Positions 1 to 12,768 of a stretch of DNA of 55,946 bases are shown here, one piece after another. Below the pieces are notes generated by a model. That model made no database searches and had not been told where the DNA came from. It worked only from the letters and a program-made list of their open reading frames with translations. Location of the stretch: contig LT649259.1 of NCBI GenBank assembly GCA_900128395.1, positions 1 to 55,946 of the forward strand. The letters are read 5' to 3'. How positions within the stretch are numbered: position 1 is the stretch's first letter; each line of letters starts with the position of its first letter. The stretch is from Stramenopiles sp. TOSAG23-2. Lineage: Eukaryota. A program made the position numbers and the translations under genes.

Positions 1-734
1 CTAATGCTATCTTACACTAAAGATAGACATTAGGGTATGGAAAATACCAAAAAAAGCTCCATGTAGCGAGTACACAGCATGGTATAATGGCACATAAGAT
101 AATCCGACAGCTTTAAACTACTGTCTATTATTCCTCCCATCTCGGCCACCCCTCACCCCTCTCTCTTCCTCTCCCTCCCTCAAGTAACCAACAATTTATC
201 AGCAAAAGATGTTAAACGATATAGCGTACCTTCACAGCATAAATACAACCAGTAGTGGCAAGAGAATGGGAATAATGCCGGCTGTCTGTAATTTGCAGCC
301 GGCATTTTCCCCAAATTGTGCTACTTTACCTGCATGAGGGTTGATAAAGCCTTTCATTAAATCATTATGAATTGCAACGGTGTCTTCGCTTGACACTAAC
401 GTTATCTGTGGCATAAAGAGGGAAAATGAACAAAGTAAAATGTTTAGACATACTTGCAGGGGGCTAAAACCCATATTGAAAACGGTGGGGAGATTGCTAT
501 TAAATTGAATCAAGGGTTTTTTAATATGTGTTTATATTTACAATGATTGTGATTACTTTTCGCAATGCAATGTATATATATATATATATCTTCGTGTGAT
601 ATTATATGTTTCTATATTTTTGATTTATGTGTGCTATTATACATTATACATCAGTATGTATACAAGTATATAGCTATACCTGATAGGTGATCGCTCACAC
701 CAGTCAGTGGTTGGACACGGATTCGTTGGACACA

Positions 735-812
735 TTTTAAAAAACGATATATACCTATTTCCCATAGTGAATAGTGTTATTTTAATATTTTGTTAAGTGC
801 ACATTTTTGCAT
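735..812 (-). mobile_element. Partial copy of the MITE family found at 40127-40471
   Basis: AAAACGATATATACCTATTTCCCATAGTGAATAGTGTTATTTT...AAGTGCACATTTTTTGCA closely matches the reverse complement of about 40160-40238. Confidence 0.75.
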
Positions 813-1270
813 CATAAATATCATTGTTGAAATATCATTGTTGGTATATAATAAAGCTATATTATTTTGTTTTTATAGAATGGAAATTTTAGAATACCAA
901 AAAAATATCAAAATTGGCTTTTCAGCATCTTTTCAACAAAGAATAAGATCCAAAAATTTTATTAGTGTGTGTATGTGGTGCTGTGGAGAGAATGGAGAAC
1001 CTATTCTTCTGGTATTATAGGCATACTTGCAGTAGGTAGCGTACTATACTAACTACATGCAAGAAGAGATATTTTTTATACATCATATTATAGTACGTGC
1101 GTACCAGGTAGTATGTTGTTATATCATACTTATAAAGTGGTATATATGTATATATATATATACATGTGTGCGTGTGTGCAAATCTTAGTGGTTTAGGTAT
1201 TATCGATAGATCTTCTATATATTTTGTTCAATGAAATATCACTTATATAAATACAGATAACATAACATAT

Positions 1271-3306
1271 ATGTTTACGAAGAAATTATTACGTTCTTCT
1301 GGTTATGGTGGTGCAACATCTCCAACAAATTCCACTTCGTCCTCTTTGACATCAACAACTTCAAGCAATAATAATAATAAAAATAGTAGTAATTTTAGAT
1401 CCAGCAAATTAGAAAGATTTTTAAAAGGTAGAGCTTCCAACACAAAAAATATTCAAGAAAAATCTAAAAAATATGGCGTTGAATGGCAAAGTTATGATGC
1501 AGTTGCAAAATGCAATCGATGTGAAAAACCATTTACACCACTTCGTAGGAAACATCACTGTAGGCAATGTGGACTTATTTATTGTTCAGCTTGTACATCA
1601 ACAAAGTTAAAGGTAGAAGGTTCACAAAATTTGAAACGTGTATGTCGAAAATGTGCAAATAATATGCAATCTGTCGTCCCATCTGATGAAAAAACTACTG
1701 CATCTAAATCTTCCAATGCTGCAAATAAGACAAAAGCTATGGTTCTTATTGAAGATGCAAATTTTTATTATCACGGTGCTTTAGAAAATGATGCAATGTT
1801 GCATGCAAATTTTAATGATGTTTTAAATTTTGGTATTGCTAGATGGTATCGCGTATTAAATGAAGGAGAGGAAGATAATAATGATTGGTCAACAAGCGTA
1901 AATTCGAAACCAATATATGAAGAGAAAATCATACGTGCTGAAGATACAATTTATAAAGTACATCGCGATGATATTGGTTATAAATTGAAATGTATTATAT
2001 ACCAAGGTAAATCTACTACATTCCAAAGTTCAAATAAAAAGATATGCATCATAACTGATGAAATCGTTCATCGGGCTGTGCCGACATTGGAAAATGCAGC
2101 AATACAAATTGGATTAAGGCCACATAAGCATACATTAAAATGTGATCGTACCACTCGTATATGCACAGCAGCTGGTAAATATAGGGAAGGGGAAACATTA
2201 TATGTTGAACCAAATATAAGAGGTCTTGAAGTAGGTGGTGATGTTTTCATCGTTTGTAGGTTTTTAAGATGTAAAGAAACATTTGATGATTACGGTAATG
2301 AAATTGGTGGTAAGGAAAGACGTGGTAGGAAAACGATAAATAGTAGTAGTAGTAATAATAGTGGTGGTGGTGGTAATAATGGAGGTGAAGATGTTGAAGC
2401 TATCAATTTAGATTTTTCACGTGATCAAGTAACAATGGCAAAAGTTTTATATAATTTTGATGGTAAAAATGAAAATGAATTACAAGTAGAAGAAGGTGAT
2501 ATATTAACATGTCTTGATTTAATCGATGATAGGAATTACAAGTAGAAGAAGGTGATATATTAACATGTCTTGATTTAATCGATGATAATGATGAATGGAT
2601 TGTATGCCTTGGTAGCGATGGAAATATTGGTTCAATCCCACGATCATTTGTAAAATGTTACTCAATGCCAGTACAACGCAAATCGGAGCTATGGGAAAAC
2701 GATCGAGAAGCTGATTTATATGGCGAAGACGAGCCATTATGTAGACAGTGGCGTAGTATGATTGGTAATTTTTTGCATTTTGATACAGTAGCAGAAACAA
2801 AGAAACAATTTGAATATAATTTAGGTAAAGCAGATGTCGGTAAATTAATAGTTTGTGAAGTAGAGATGTATCGTGGAACTGAACCGATAGGAAAAGCTGT
2901 TCGTTCTATGCCAGTGGGCCCAATTGAACCAGCGCCACCACGAATAGATGATTTGAAAATTGTTGGTTCTCGTACCATCAATTCAACTTTAAAAGCACAT
3001 TATATTTATTATGGAGGTATGGAGGGAGCTAGCCGGTTCATGTGGATACGTGTAACAACAGATGGGAAAAAAGTAGAATTAGTAAATACTAAAACTTATG
3101 AAGTAGTTGCAGAAGATATTAATTGTAAACTTCGTGTAAAAATAACACCAGTTCGTTCATGTGGTATGGAAGGAAAACCTACTGCATCTGCATCTGTAAA
3201 AATAGTAGAAAAAAGTGCTGTAAAAGCAACTAGCTCAACAAGTAAAAGAATCAATCGTTTGAAAAAAGCTAGGGCAAGTTTAATTACTGTAAATAATCCG
3301 ACTTGA
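1271..3306 (+). CDS. FYVE zinc finger + SH3 + Ig-like (AIR9 A9-type) domain protein; one gene split into ORFs 1271-2545 and 2665-3306 by a 56-bp tandem duplication
   Basis: FYVE signature WQSYD..CNRC..RRKHHCRQCG..CSAC..RVCRKC. Removing one duplicate copy restores a full SH3 (AKVLYNFDGKNENELQVEEGDIL...DEWIVCLGSDGNIGSIPRSFVK) in frame with the second ORF. That ORF has A9-like motifs (YYGGMEGASRFMWIR, YEVVAEDINCKLRVKITPV). Confidence 0.8.
2477..2587. repeat. Tandem duplication, period 56 bp, causing a frameshift (probable assembly artefact)
   Basis: GAATTACAAGTAGAAGAAGGTGATATATTAACATGTCTTGATTTAATCGATGATA occurs at 2477 and at 2533. Confidence 0.9.
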
Positions 3307-3721
3307 ATTTCATATTATGTGTGTGTGAGAAAAAATAATAATACGTAATTTTTACTATATCATACATAGATTTGAGATAATAAATACCCCGTCGTAAGAA
3401 AATATTATAATACGTCGTATTTTTTACTCGAAATATCGTACACTGTAATACAAAATATAATGATTTTTAAAAATTAAATTTTGTGTGTGCGTGTATAACA
3501 GAATATTGTATGACCACACATTACAACACCACAGACGTTTTTACCCACACTCCACGCTCCACGCCCGGTTTCAAAACGCAAAAATTTGGGGGCTTGTTGT
3601 ATGTGCGTGTAAAAGCAAAATAAAAAAAAGCAACACACACACACACGCACGCACACACAGCTAACTATGCATAGTTTCCCGAAAATGCATCTCGCACTCT
3701 TCTTTTCTTTTATATCGTGTA

Positions 3722-4689
3722 TTAATCTATGATTTCATCCTCTTCACCACCACCACTATTACTATTATTGTTGTTCTTTTCCTCCATGTTACGTTGATTC
3801 CTTTGTTCCAATGCTTCTTCTGTCCTTAATAACAATCTTTCAACAGCTTGCATACGATTATTCAATGATCTGCTTTTTAGAAATTCGGCTCCTAATTGTG
3901 ACGGTGCGCCTAATACGTGTAAAATCCACCAGACTAAATCAGCATCTTTTTCTTTCAATTGAATTAAAGACCGCATATTATGTGTTGTCAAATCAATATT
4001 TCCAGAATCAAGCTGTTGAAAAAATCGTCTTGTTACTATTGGATCTTCAATCATTCGTAATATGGTAATTCTTGATATTGATTGAGGATAAAGATCAACC
4101 ATTGTATCAAAAATTCTCTCAATTGAAGCACGTATAGTTTGACTCAATAACTCTGAAGCTTCTACAGTAACATTTGGAGCATTATCATCAAATATTGTCA
4201 CATTTGCAAATGGATAATTTTGACGATTTTCTCCTTTCTCAAACCATTCATTCACTTGAAACCTCCCACAACCTTGAACTCGAATAAGTGATGTCCCATC
4301 ACCTAAAGTTTTATTTTGTACAATTTTCAATAAAACGCCTATATTACTCACACCATCCTCATTATTTTGTTGCCAACACATCCCAAAAATTTGCTCCCCA
4401 TTTTGGTTTACATCTTTCAATAACTTTTTATAACGTGGCTCAAAAATACGAAAAGAATATTCTATTATGGGCATACCTATGGAGCGTAGCGTATGAATGA
4501 GCGATGTGTTAGAGAGGATAACTTTTTTAAGTGTAGGGGAGTAGAATTTTTTTACTTACCAAATTGTAAAATAAAAATACCCAAATCTCGTGTACTTTTG
4601 TCATTCACTGTAGTTTCATCTGCATCATCAAGATCACTGCCACCCGCACCAGCCGTTGTATTTCTTCTTATAAAATGTACTTTTGACAT
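3722..4689 (-). CDS. Lon N-terminal substrate-binding (PUA-like) domain protein; exons 4689-4560 and 4476-3722
   Basis: The spliced product MSKVHF...DLGIFILQF-G-MPIIEYSFRIFEPRYKKLL...FGM...IGVLLKI...DGTSLIRVQGCGRF matches the LON_substr_bdg pattern. No AAA or protease domain is present. Confidence 0.8.
4477..4559 (-). other. Spliceosomal intron, 83 bp
   Basis: On the minus strand: GTAAGT donor at 4559, CTAAC branch point, CATAG acceptor ending at 4477. Splicing joins G+GT (Gly) in frame. Confidence 0.8.
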
Positions 4690-5234
4690 CACGGCAATAG
4701 ACGACTTATAGTACCACTACAAAAACTATTCTTACCACAACTTAAAAATAAAGTATACCAATAATAATAAGCTATATATGATTATACTTCATGGTTTGAA
4801 ATTGTGTATATATATATATATATTCGAAGACCTTTGGGGGGGGGGTTGGATCGATCGTTATTTTTATATTATTACTATAGAGGAGGGTCTCCCGTTGGTC
4901 GACAGAGGCCTAATTTCATGCTTAATAATGTAAGAAGTACCATGTCCTATTTGTATTATTCAACCTCCTTAAAACTAAGGTTTTTGACGGAAAAGTTTTA
5001 AAGGTTGTACTCGAGGGTATTGTAATTAAAGTAGGATACCTATCGATAAAGTGCCATTTATGAACATGATAGGATTTTTTTGAAATTTAAGTACAAAGAA
5101 TAGTATTGTTAAGGAGGAGCCTTGGACATACATTCTATTTTTTTAGTTGTTTAATTTTGTCGGATATTTTTAATCAAAATCTCTTGTGACATGTTATTAA
5201 ATAGGCAAAATGGTATTTTGAGGAAATCGCCCGC

Positions 5235-5472
5235 GAAGAAGGTCAATCAAAAAAATACAAACCAAATAATTAAAAAATACAATACAAGTACTAATACTAA
5301 TACTACTATTACTATACTACTAACACACCACTAATATATATAATGGTAATGTAGAAGAAGGTCAATCAAAAAAATACAAACCAAATAATTAAAAAATACA
5401 ATACAAGTACTAATACTAATACTACTATTACTATACTACTAACACACCACTAATATATATAATGGTAATGTA
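5235..5472. repeat. Tandem duplication, period 119 bp
   Basis: GAAGAAGGTCAATCAAAAAAATAC...AATGGTAATGTA occurs at 5235 and at 5354. Confidence 0.9.
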
Positions 5473-5684
5473 TAATTTGATTGAGATATATATACTGTCA
5501 CATCACGAATATCTTTGAACAAAGAAAAAGAAGAGTGTATATTTATTCGAGTGAAAAGAGAAGATCAAAATCGATTGAAACGATTGTATTGAGATATTAT
5601 ATATATATTGTAGACTATATATTAGTTTCACCAATTATAATATAATAATTATTATTATAAAATTATTTAAACAAGAATAAAAAC

Positions 5685-5939
5685 ATGTCGTCGACGTCCA
5701 GTAGTGACGAGGAGTTTGATGATAACGAAGATATGCCAGGTCTTGTTAGTGATAGTGAAAGCAATGATGATTCTGATTCAACGAAGCGATCTTCCTCTGA
5801 GGGATCATCGTCTGAAGGGGAAGAGACGGATGGTGAAGAGTCTGATAGCGATGAGTCTTCATCAGAGGAAGAGGAGGAAACACCTAAATTAAAAACTAAA
5901 ACTGGGGGAATTAAAAAAGGGTTTTTAAATTCACAACAA

Positions 5940-5974
<35 letters not shown>

Positions 5975-8900
5975 GAAGAGTGGTGGTGTAAAACAAAAAA
6001 AAACAGCTGCAAAAGCCCCGCCTGTTTCTGATGAAGAATTTTCTGATTTGCCAGACCTCCTACATGCTTCAGATGATAGCAATGTTTCTAGTGAGAGTAG
6101 TGATAGCGAAGATAGCGAAGATAGTCAAGATAGTGAAAATATGACAATCAATAACATGCCAACTCTAGTCGAGTCGTTTGATTCTTCTATGCCAACTACA
6201 AAACAAAGTAGTAGTAGTAATAATAATAATGCTGATGATGTTGGTGTGAATAACCCATTGTTTTCAGGTTTAAAACGTATAACCAAAAAAATGAAAAAAA
6301 AACAACCATCTTCCTCGAAAAGTGGTTTCCAATCAGGGTTTTTAAATTCTAAAAAGAAGAAAAAAAAGAATAATACAAACAATCAACAGAAGGTGAATAC
6401 TAAGAAAAAAGGTGCTTCAAATGCTCAACAGAAATCACATTCAAGTGGTGTTGATCCTCAGAAAAGTAGTTCATATGCAAACAGTAATAATAATAATAAG
6501 AGTAACAATCATACCAAAAAGAAACCTCGTCGAAATAAGAAGGAACAGCAAATATTCAACTATATTATCAAACGAAAAAAAACGCTTGAAAAAGAATTGA
6601 AGGAGTTGAATAAATATGCAAATATCGACAATTACACTGGAAAATTACGATCGGCATTTGAAAACAATAAGTATATCACATGTACTAATATTAAAGTTGC
6701 TATTGGATTTTTTCAATTTGCATTAAGTCATTTGAAAGGAATAAACACTGAGCATAATGAAATATTGGAGCCTAAAAATAAGATAAAGCTTGATTTTTCC
6801 GATGTTGCTACTATTTATGGGTACCGATTTAGGGAAGTAAATGATAGTAAAAAACGGTGCAACCATCAATTTTATGAAGCTATCCAATGTATGCCTCTCA
6901 TGGATCTCTCATTGGACTACAGAAACGACTTAACACAACGATTAAAGCAAATAGATCAACGCGAGCGTTTTCAAATCTCTCTTGATGCTACAATTAACAT
7001 AATGTTCTCCCTGACACAGTATAAGTACATGACAAATACATTATTTTTAGGAAATCCAAATTTTTTCCTTCAGCTGTTCGATGGCCAAGTCATAGTCTTA
7101 ATTGCTCCAGGGTTTTTTCATCATAGTAAAACGACCGATGGTAAAAAAGGGGAACCGCTTTGGGATATGATATCAAAATATTACGAAACCAATGTTACAA
7201 ATATTCAAACTGATTTTCCTGTTTGGAATCCAGAGTTTGGTAAGAGATTATTCTCTGAATTGAAACCAGTTTTAATAAATGCTGTGGATAAGGTTGTTGA
7301 GACTAAAAACGGTACCACATTGAGAAAACAACTGGTTGAATCTTTGATCCATGATCACTCTGATGATTATATACTTTTAGAAGGTATTAAATTATTAAGA
7401 GCTGCACCTAAATTTAATAAAATTTTGCAAGCATCATTTTTATCAAAAGGACGTCGTTTCGAACTTATTCGTGTCATGTTACGTATATTGAAAGAGGACA
7501 ATTTGTTACAAAATTACTTTTACGAAGTTGAAAAATCTCCAGTATTTACTCTAATTGAGTTAAATTTAAAAGGGGACAAAGTTGAATATTTAAATCTGAT
7601 TGATATGTTTATCAGTGAATTTGGATTTGACCCGTTGGTGTTTTGCAATCTAAACCCCAATGGCCGAACTACAAATACATTTCGTTTAATATTGGATATG
7701 TACTTTAAAGATGAGTTAGGGCAGAAAACAGTAAAAAAATATTTGGAATATTTCATGTTAGATTTGGAAAAATCATACAATGTCTACGAAAAAGTTATGG
7801 ATGATAAAAATTACGGTATTTTTGACGGTAAATCAGTGAAACAATATTTTGAGAGTAAATATGAAAAGGTAAATAAGCATCGAAAGAAAAAGGGGGATTG
7901 GAAACGAATGATTGCAGATGTTCAAAAAGAGCGAAAGAAGCGAAAGCAAAAGGCAAAACGGCAACGAAAAAAAGCAAATAATAACAATGATGATACCTTT
8001 GATAGAGATGTTAATGATGATGTAAAAACATCTGCTCGTGCGCCAAAGCCTTTGAAAAAGACGATGAAAAATACCGATTCTGTGAACCAAAAAAAGTCAT
8101 CCATTCCAGAACTATTGCACAATGACATAGTTAATATTGTCAATGAATTTACTAATGATACAGATTGGATAAGCAATTTGAATAATAATAAGGATTTATA
8201 TAATAATAATAATAATATCGATGAGGAATTATTAAGACGACCGCCTTCACCAGTTGCACCATCTGCAACCACAGACACTGTTGCATATTCGCCACCTTCA
8301 ACGGTTGTATCAGCGGAGACGCGAAAAAAAACAGTATCAGATGTAGAAAATCCAATCGATCCAAATAATGAAAGTAATCCAAAACAACCAAAACCTGAAG
8401 TTGCAGATCATTTATTGGATCAAATGGATTTTGATCCAGCATCCTTTGACTCTGGTAAACACGTATGGGAAGTTGTATTCTGTCGAAAAGTAAAAGATTT
8501 CTTTAAAAAACAACGAAAGAAAAATTTTCACACATGCGTACGTATGATGAAAACTATCAGTGAGCTTGCAACTGGAAATAGATGGAAACAGAATGAACGG
8601 TTAAAAAAAGGAGTTACTCATACGGTTAAAGACAAATTACAACTTAATCTATTCGAAGCTAAACCAAGTCAATCAGAGAGGATACTTTGGGAAATTACAC
8701 CAGAAACATCAAAGCGCCATGGCGATACGAGAGAAGTCATACGCATCTGGGATATTGTATTGGATCATGATAATCTCTCTTCTGCGATCATACAAGTGCG
8801 AAAAGCGCATAAGCTTGGGCAAGAGTCAAGAAAAAAATGGAAATGGAAGTTTAAACGAAAACAATTTATTAGCGATGACGAAAAAACGTATCCAGCTATA

Positions 8901-11900
8901 TATGTACGTCATGGAGAAAACGACATACAGAATGGAAATGATAATGCATCAGAGTTGACAGAACAATATTTCTTCATCGAGCCAGATACTGCAAAATTTA
9001 ATCCCATCCGACATTATTTTATCGATAGTTCTGCTGCCACAGCATTGTTATATTTTGAAGAAGACGACGATTTTGAATTAGAATCAGGTGGTAATGAACA
9101 AGAAACTCGAATTATTACTCGTGGCTTAAATCCCGATCCGAGGCAAAAAAAAGAGAAGGAATCATCCATATTATTGCTGGGAAGATCCGGTACAGGAAAA
9201 ACAACATGTTTGATATACCGTTTGTTTAATGAATTCAAATTATTTTGGAAACGAAGGAAACAAAATGAAGAAAAGCGAGTTCTACTTCGTGAAGAAAGAC
9301 AAGCTGAAATCAATCAACGTAATGCAGAAAAAGAAACTGGTGATGATGAAGAAATCGGCGATGAAAATTTGGAAACAGAGGAAGATGGCGATGATGAAAT
9401 TGATATCGCCCAAGATGAATTCGATGAGTTTGATGGTGAAGATTTTGGTGCAATTTTCATCACAAAGTCGCAAGTTCTTCGATCTGAATGCTTAAAACAA
9501 TTTAAGAAACTTCGTGCTGGACTCACCATAAGCGAAAAGGTATTAATAGAAGAGGAGGAAGATCGTGTTATGCCAGAAGATGCCCATCCATTAAGTCTAC
9601 ATGATTTACCTGCATCGTTTTATCGTGAAGATCCTGAACGAGCAAATTTGGGAACGCAAATTCAAATGGGAACGTTTCCAATGTTTTTGACGGCTGATGC
9701 GTATTGGAGAATGTTAGACAACACTTTACCCGGGGAACGAGTAAAGTACTTTCAGCATCGCCCAGTACCGTCAGATAAACCGAGGACTGTCGGGGATATA
9801 GTAAATATGAACCAAGATAACCCGCTTGATGGTTTAGAAGAATTACCAGTGGATGAAATGAATCTTTCATCTGATTCTGATTATACCGATAGTGAAGACG
9901 ATGAAATAAAAGAAATTGACAATATCGCTTTTAGTAACATTAATTACATTGAAGTAACGTTTGAAATTTTTGTCAAAGAATTTTGGGGTAAAATTAAAAA
10001 CGTCAAAAATGACAAATACAATGCTGCAGTGGTTTGGGGTGAAATTAGAAGTCATATAAAAGGTTCAATTCACTCGTATACTCATGAAACTCCATTAACA
10101 AGGCAAGAGTATACACTTACTGAAGTAGGAAAGAAGCAAAGTAATTTGTCTGAAGCAGAAAGAAATGAGATTTACGACATGTATCAAAAATATGAACGTA
10201 TGCGAAAGCAGGCTGTGCAAGGCGAAAAAGGTATCTCATGGTATTACGACATTATGGATGCTCTCCAAGAAATCATACCTCGCTTAAAGAAATTTAAAGC
10301 ATCTTCAGCAGATGAACAAAATAAAGTTGTCCCAGTTTTTACTTCATATGTAGATGAAATTCAAGACTTCACGCAAGTTGAAACGGCAATAATCATAAAT
10401 TTTTGCAAAGATCCAAACCGACTGGTACTTGCAGGCGATACAGCTCAAAATATTTGTAGTGGAATTAGCTTTCGTTTTGAAGATATTAAATCAATGTTTT
10501 ACAAATTAAATGAAAGCTTAATAAAAGAAAACGAAGTACGGAATAATATCCTTGAAGATGCTGAAGTATTGGAGATCGCAGTTGGAAAGAAATGGAAAAC
10601 AAAAACAAAAAGCATCAATGTTCCAAGTGAAAAAGATGGTACTTTTTGCCATTTAAACTTGAACTTTCGTTCTCATGATGGAGTATTATTACTTGCTGCG
10701 AGTGTAGTTGAGTTGCTATATGAATTTTTCCCCGTTTCAATTGATAAGCTTGATCCAGACAATGGAATAAAAGATGGTCCAAAACCTGTTTTATTTAAAT
10801 CTGGCAATGGACATGACTTACTTATGATGTTACTTGGATCTAGAGATACGAGTACAAAAGTGCCATTTGGTGCCTCGCAAGCGATTCTCGTGCGGTCCAA
10901 AGATGCAATAAAAGCTCTTCCAAAAGAACTCAGTGTACATCCCTTGATCTTGACGATCAATGAGTCAAAAGGTTTAGAATTTGATGGAATTCTTTTGTAT
11001 AATTTCTTTAAAAATTCAAAAGCAACAGAAAAAACATGGCGTTGTATTGCAAAGTATATGGATAGGCATAAACATAAAAGCATGCAAACGGTGGATGGAG
11101 AAATGTCACATGAAGAATTTCAAACATATTGTGATGAAATGAAAAGAAAATTACGAAGTAGAGCAAAAGATTTTGAGGAAACATCAGATCGTATTTTGGA
11201 AAGCGAATTAAAATTATTGTACACTGCAATAACACGTGCAAAATCAAATGTATGGATTTTTGATGACGATGACAATAAAAGCATTCCAATGTTTGAATAT
11301 TTTGAACGTAGAAAGTTAGTCAAAATAGTGCAATCAATTGAAGATTCGCAAAATGCGAATGCTAATATCGCCCAATCTGCTACCAATGGTGCTTATGAAT
11401 GGATTAAGCAAGCTCGGGTGTTTGAGAAAAGTGCTAGTATTAAGAAAGAATACGAAGAAAGAAAACGATTTTACAAGCTTGCTAAAGGGTGTTATGATAA
11501 AGCAGTTGAAGAAAATAACATTGCAATGAAAACGAATGCTGATTTAATCACATCAACTAAGAAAGAAGAGGATGACTATGAAGATGTAATAAATGAAGGT
11601 ATGATAAATTTACACTTTGATAAAACTTCATCTATTAAAAATAGACAAAATGAAAACAAAGAGCATTTGCAAAAACAAAACAAATATTGTAAGGAACAAA
11701 TTGTTAAATGCGAGTTTGAATTATTATTAGCTAATTCACAATATATCAAATCTACACAACCGAAGAAATACGTTGAAAGTTTATTGGAAGCTGCAAAAGC
11801 AGCAGCTGTTGCATTTAAAATGACTAGACGCAAAATTCCATATGGAAAATATTTATTGTCCATTTATTATAATTTAGCGAAACATGTTGAAACGAAAAAT

Positions 11901-12287
11901 GGTAGTATAAACGCGAAGAAATATTATGAAATTGCTGGAAATTTATCTTACACATTTGGAGAGCTTCAAAATGCTAAAAGTTTCTTTGAAAAAGCGGGTG
12001 ATAAGGAATCTGTGGCTAAAATCGAAACGTATTTGAAAGGTAATACAAATGATAGTAGTAGCGATTATACTGATAGTAGCGATGATGAAAAAATATCAGA
12101 TACTGCACAGATTGAAAATACTCTAAACTTAGTGAAAATGATGGACGAGGAACGAAACAAAACATTGAAAAATCGACGTAAGAAACGATTTAATAAAAGA
12201 AAAATGAAGAAAGGTAAAAAAAAGAAAAGTCAATCGACGAAAAAAAATGCAAAGCGACCAGCATTGAATGTCGAAGATGATTATTAA
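5685..12287 (+). CDS. TRANK1-like superfamily-1 (UvrD-like) helicase with an upstream RelE/ParE-like module; acidic and low-complexity termini
   Basis: Helicase motifs: Walker A GRSGTGKTT, Walker B YVDEIQD, AGDTAQNI, LNFRSH, SKGLEFD, LYTAITRAK. The segment LFEAK..ERILWE..EVIRIWDIVLDH resembles animal TRANK1. Confidence 0.85.
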
Positions 12288-12295
12288 AGAGAGAA

Positions 12296-12330
<35 letters not shown>

Positions 12331-12354
12331 GGAGGGGGAAAAAAAAAAAAAAAA

Positions 12355-12768
12355 NNNNNNNNNNNNNNNNNNNNNNNNNNNNNNNNNNNNNNNNNNNNNN
12401 NNNNNNNNNNNNNNNNNNNNNNNNNNNNNNNNNNNNNNNNNNNNNNNNNNNNNNNNNNNNNNNNNNNNNNNNNNNNNNNNNNNNNNNNNNNNNNNNNNNN
12501 NNNNNNNNNNNNNNNNNNNNNNNNNNNNNNNNNNNNNNNNNNNNNNNNNNNNNNNNNNNNNNNNNNNNNNNNNNNNNNNNNNNNNNNNNNNNNNNNNNNN
12601 NNNNNNNNNNNNNNNNNNNNNNNNNNNNNNNNNNNNNNNNNNNNNNNNNNNNNNNNNNNNNNNNNNNNNNNNNNNNNNNNNNNNNNNNNNNNNNNNNNNN
12701 NNNNNNNNNNNNNNNNNNNNNNNNNNNNNNNNNNNNNNNNNNNNNNNNNNNNNNNNNNNNNNNNNNNN
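12355..12768. other. Assembly gap (N run), preceded by poly-G and poly-A
   Basis: N bases are seen directly. Confidence 0.99.

Noticed and set aside
1-513. Minus-strand ORF 232-513 with possible introns and an LSYVPLYH-like peptide nearer the window start
   Set aside because: I could not build a consistent spliced frame or recognise a family. It may be a decayed gene cut by the window edge.
4900-5230. Possible coding remnant upstream of the helicase gene
   Set aside because: The frames are short and interrupted, with no recognisable motif.
12297-12354. Poly-G/poly-A run as a G-quadruplex or retro-element tail
   Set aside because: It abuts the gap and is typical of low-quality read ends. 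The G run at 29089-29104 is similarly uninformative.
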